This document shows positions 61,216-64,000 of a stretch of DNA of 64,000 bases, one piece after another (positions within the stretch are counted from its first letter, which is position 1; every line of letters begins with the position of its first letter). The stretch is from Paraphysomonas bandaiensis (Eukaryota > Protista > Chrysophyceae): contig CBFFRP010000395.1 in assembly GCA_965644295.1 (NCBI GenBank), positions 186,001-250,000 on the forward strand. The letters are read 5' to 3'. Under the pieces are notes generated by a model. It was given only the letters and a program-made list of their open reading frames with translations. It was not told the origin of the DNA and did no database searches. The translations under genes were made by a program, and so were the position numbers.

Positions 61216-63243
61216 ATGGATACTAATATTGGCCTATTCAGAACATGGTGAGTGACTTGCCTTAACACACACACACACATATATATACATACATACATAC
61301 ATATATATATACCGACATAAATGCAGATAGAGAGGTAGATATATATATATATATACATACACACATGTATATATACTGAGAGAGGTAGATATATATATAT
61401 GTACACATCCACATATATATGTATCTACATATACATTCACATACATATATATACGTATATAACATACATACACATATCTTGATTTGGATTATAATTATGA
61501 ACTAAACATTGTTGTTTTCAAGGTTTGATGAGAGAGATGTGGGGACAATAAACTCATCATGTCCTCTACAAACAGCTTTAGTATGTAATGCGATATATAT
61601 GGACACTAAATATCAAGATGTGATTGATAATGAGGTCCTTTCAATCGCATCACAACCTATAAAAATTAAACCAGATCCATCTTCTACTGATATACGGATT
61701 GATTCAGATGCTGTTGTAGCATCAGTATTACAAGATATATCCGTTGACTGTCACATGCTTGATGAACAACATTACCCCTCATCGATCTCTGAACTCTTCC
61801 AGTTTTCTGCAGACTTGGAAATAATGCTAGATAAAAACTCTGCAGAACAACGTAATAGTGTCAAGCAGACTGTCGATACTGTACACACTACCGCGAATCC
61901 TTCACCTGCAGCTCCGTTAAATAAAGTCACTTCAAAACCTTCCAATTCACAGCCTCCAAGTCGCCCTAATCCATTCAAATCAGCTAAGGAACAATTTAGA
62001 GAAGAGGTGGGGCAGTATTATATATTATTTATTTATAGCGATGAATTCTGCACAGGGCGGAGTTCTAAAACCTACGAATAATTCTGGATTGGCTACCAAC
62101 AAGAGTTCCCAGGCAATGGTAAGATACTATTACTGAACGTTGTCCATTCTGACTCGTGGTTTTATAGAAGAGACCTCGAGGTGGAACAGATAATGGATCC
62201 GGTGATGTGATTTTATCGGAAGGTCTACAGCATTTTGAAAAGCATCTAATTGATCGTCTCGAGGCGGAGATCCTACAGGAGAATCGGCCTGGTTCGCAGG
62301 TTACTTTTAAAGACATAGCCGGCCTTGACTTTGCGAAAAAATGTGTTCAAGAATTAATTTGCTGGTAGATGATATTTTCATACATTTATTGTTGGTATAT
62401 GCACATATGTTGCTTTTCAATATGTGCGTTTAATTCCGCCGATTTAGGCCAATGTTACGCCCAGATATATTCACTGGTTTGCGCTCTCTCCCGAAGGGTC
62501 TTCTGCTCTTTGGCCCACCTGGCACTGGCAAGACACTAATCGGAAAAGCCATTGCTCACCAGGCGGGTGCCACTTTCTTCAGCATCAGTGCCTCCTCACT
62601 GACAAGCAAGTGGGTGGGTGAGAGTGAATCCGCTGTACGCGCTCTCTTCGCTCTTGCAGTTGTGCACCAGCCCTCGGTGGTATTCATTGACGAAGTAGAC
62701 TCTTTACTCACTCAGCGCTCTTCAGATGAGAGTGAAGCTAGTCGTAGAATAAAGACCGAATTTTTAGTTCAGCTGGATGGGGCGGGAACTAGCACTGATG
62801 CTCGCGTGGTGGTTATTGGTGCTACCAACAGGCCAGACGAACTGGATGATGCTGCCCGACGTAGGTTCGTAAAACGTCTTTATATTCCACTTCCCGACGA
62901 AGAAGGTAGACGGCAGCTGCTGCATCGCCTGCTTCTGGAGGATGGTTCACGTGTGCATACGAATATGGGTCCGGTAGATATCGACTTGATAGTTGGGCGG
63001 ACAAAGGGTTTTTCGGGGGCGGATGTGCGCTCTCTCTGCACAGAGGCTGCAATGGGCCCAGTGAGAGAAATTGCGTCGTCGAACGTCGAGCTGCATCGCA
63101 TCGTAGCCGCTGATGTGCCGCCTGTTTCTGCGAGACACTTCGAGGAGGCACTGGATGTAGTATCTCCTTCAGTTTCCGTTAAGGATTTGGAGAAGTACAT
63201 AAGGTGGAATACTGAATTCGGCACGTATAGACGAATGGAATAG
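61216..63243 (+). CDS. FIGNL1: Fidgetin-like 1 / spastin-family AAA ATPase, multi-exon
   Basis: [10 protein letters not shown] (FIGNL1 FxxA-type motif), [70 protein letters not shown]-terminal WNTEFG. Confidence 0.9.
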
Positions 63244-63665
63244 TGAACTTTACATTTTTTATGGAGTAGTAAGTACTTTTTACGTCGTTGCGTAGTGACA
63301 TTGTAATTGCTTGTTTTGTGCAGCAGTATAGCTAGTGTTGTAGATAATATATTTATATTTGTGCTGCCATCAATTTGGTGCTTGAAGCTGTATACCAGGA
63401 AGCAACAGATACTATGCTCGAATATTTCAAAGTATCCCTCTATACTCTATACTGAATGCTTATCATGTTGTATGTGCGATACAGCTACCGACTAGCATTT
63501 ACAATAAAGCAATGACAATACGCAATTTGTCCTCCATTCAATACTTTATTACTGCCCAGTATTCGGTACCAGGTCACTACTGTAGAACATTTCCTCGCAA
63601 TACATAGTATAGGTGACCTCAACTCACCAACTGTCCAAAGTTAATATATATCAGAGTACCAAAGT

Positions 63666-64000
63666 TCAAGAACAACTCTCGGTGGCCTCTACATCCCTTG
63701 TAATGTGTGAATAATCATTATTCAAACATTGAGCATTGACGTTCGAAAATGATTTCTTCCGCATACGAATTTCCTGAATCGTAAAGTTGTTACCTATAAA
63801 GCGCATTTTCCACGATGAGAATATAAATAAAATGATAACAACTGCATCGTCACCTACCTTCCTCCCAATACCATGAGTGAATGCCTTCACAACACCGATG
63901 ACAGTACAGCGATGGTGAGCAGACATCTATATCAAAATGACTGTCTGTGTCTTGTCCTGAAAATTTCAAGCAGTGACAGGATACATGCATAAAATCTGCT
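63666..64000 (-). CDS. 3' end of an unidentified gene entering from the right edge
   Basis: Open frame ADFMHVSCHC..CHRCCEGIHSWYWEE joined by a GT-AG intron (~63794-63857) to GNNFTIQEIRMRKK..ESCS*. Confidence 0.45.

Overview
Eukaryotic, gene-dense window with short GT-AG introns (mostly ~45-60 nt). A stramenopile/ochrophyte-like protist is inferred from the signal-peptide-bearing PPOX, the DLD-type kinase and the CPW-ankyrin gene. It holds about 18 host genes, many in head-to-head pairs: WW + PI3K-RBD protein, PPOX, HSF, a truncated acyl-CoA-synthetase-like protein, succinyl-CoA ligase alpha, syntaxin-16, MetRS, Vma12/TMEM199, myosin, CPW-ankyrin protein, LRR-kinase-TIR protein, MPN protein, EF-hand/Tudor-like/IQ protein, beta-lactamase-fold pseudoenzyme, VPS9 GEF, GOLD/F-box-like protein, EXD2, FIGNL1-like ATPase and a partial gene at the right edge. 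Mobile DNA: a young full-length Ty1/copia element with non-canonical LTR ends and a -1 frame break before the zinc knuckle; a young LTR element encoding only a giant Gag plus protease, inserted into one unit of a 512-bp tandem duplication whose second unit keeps the empty site; and a hAT relic. There are also long (ATAC)n microsatellites. The best candidates for something undescribed are a ~220-nt element present twice in inverted orientation with compensatory base changes (putative unknown structured RNA), the Gag-protease-only LTR element, and the LRR-kinase-TIR gene paired head-to-head with a repeat-expanded ankyrin-like gene. All alignments and exon boundaries were done by eye; no database searches were run.
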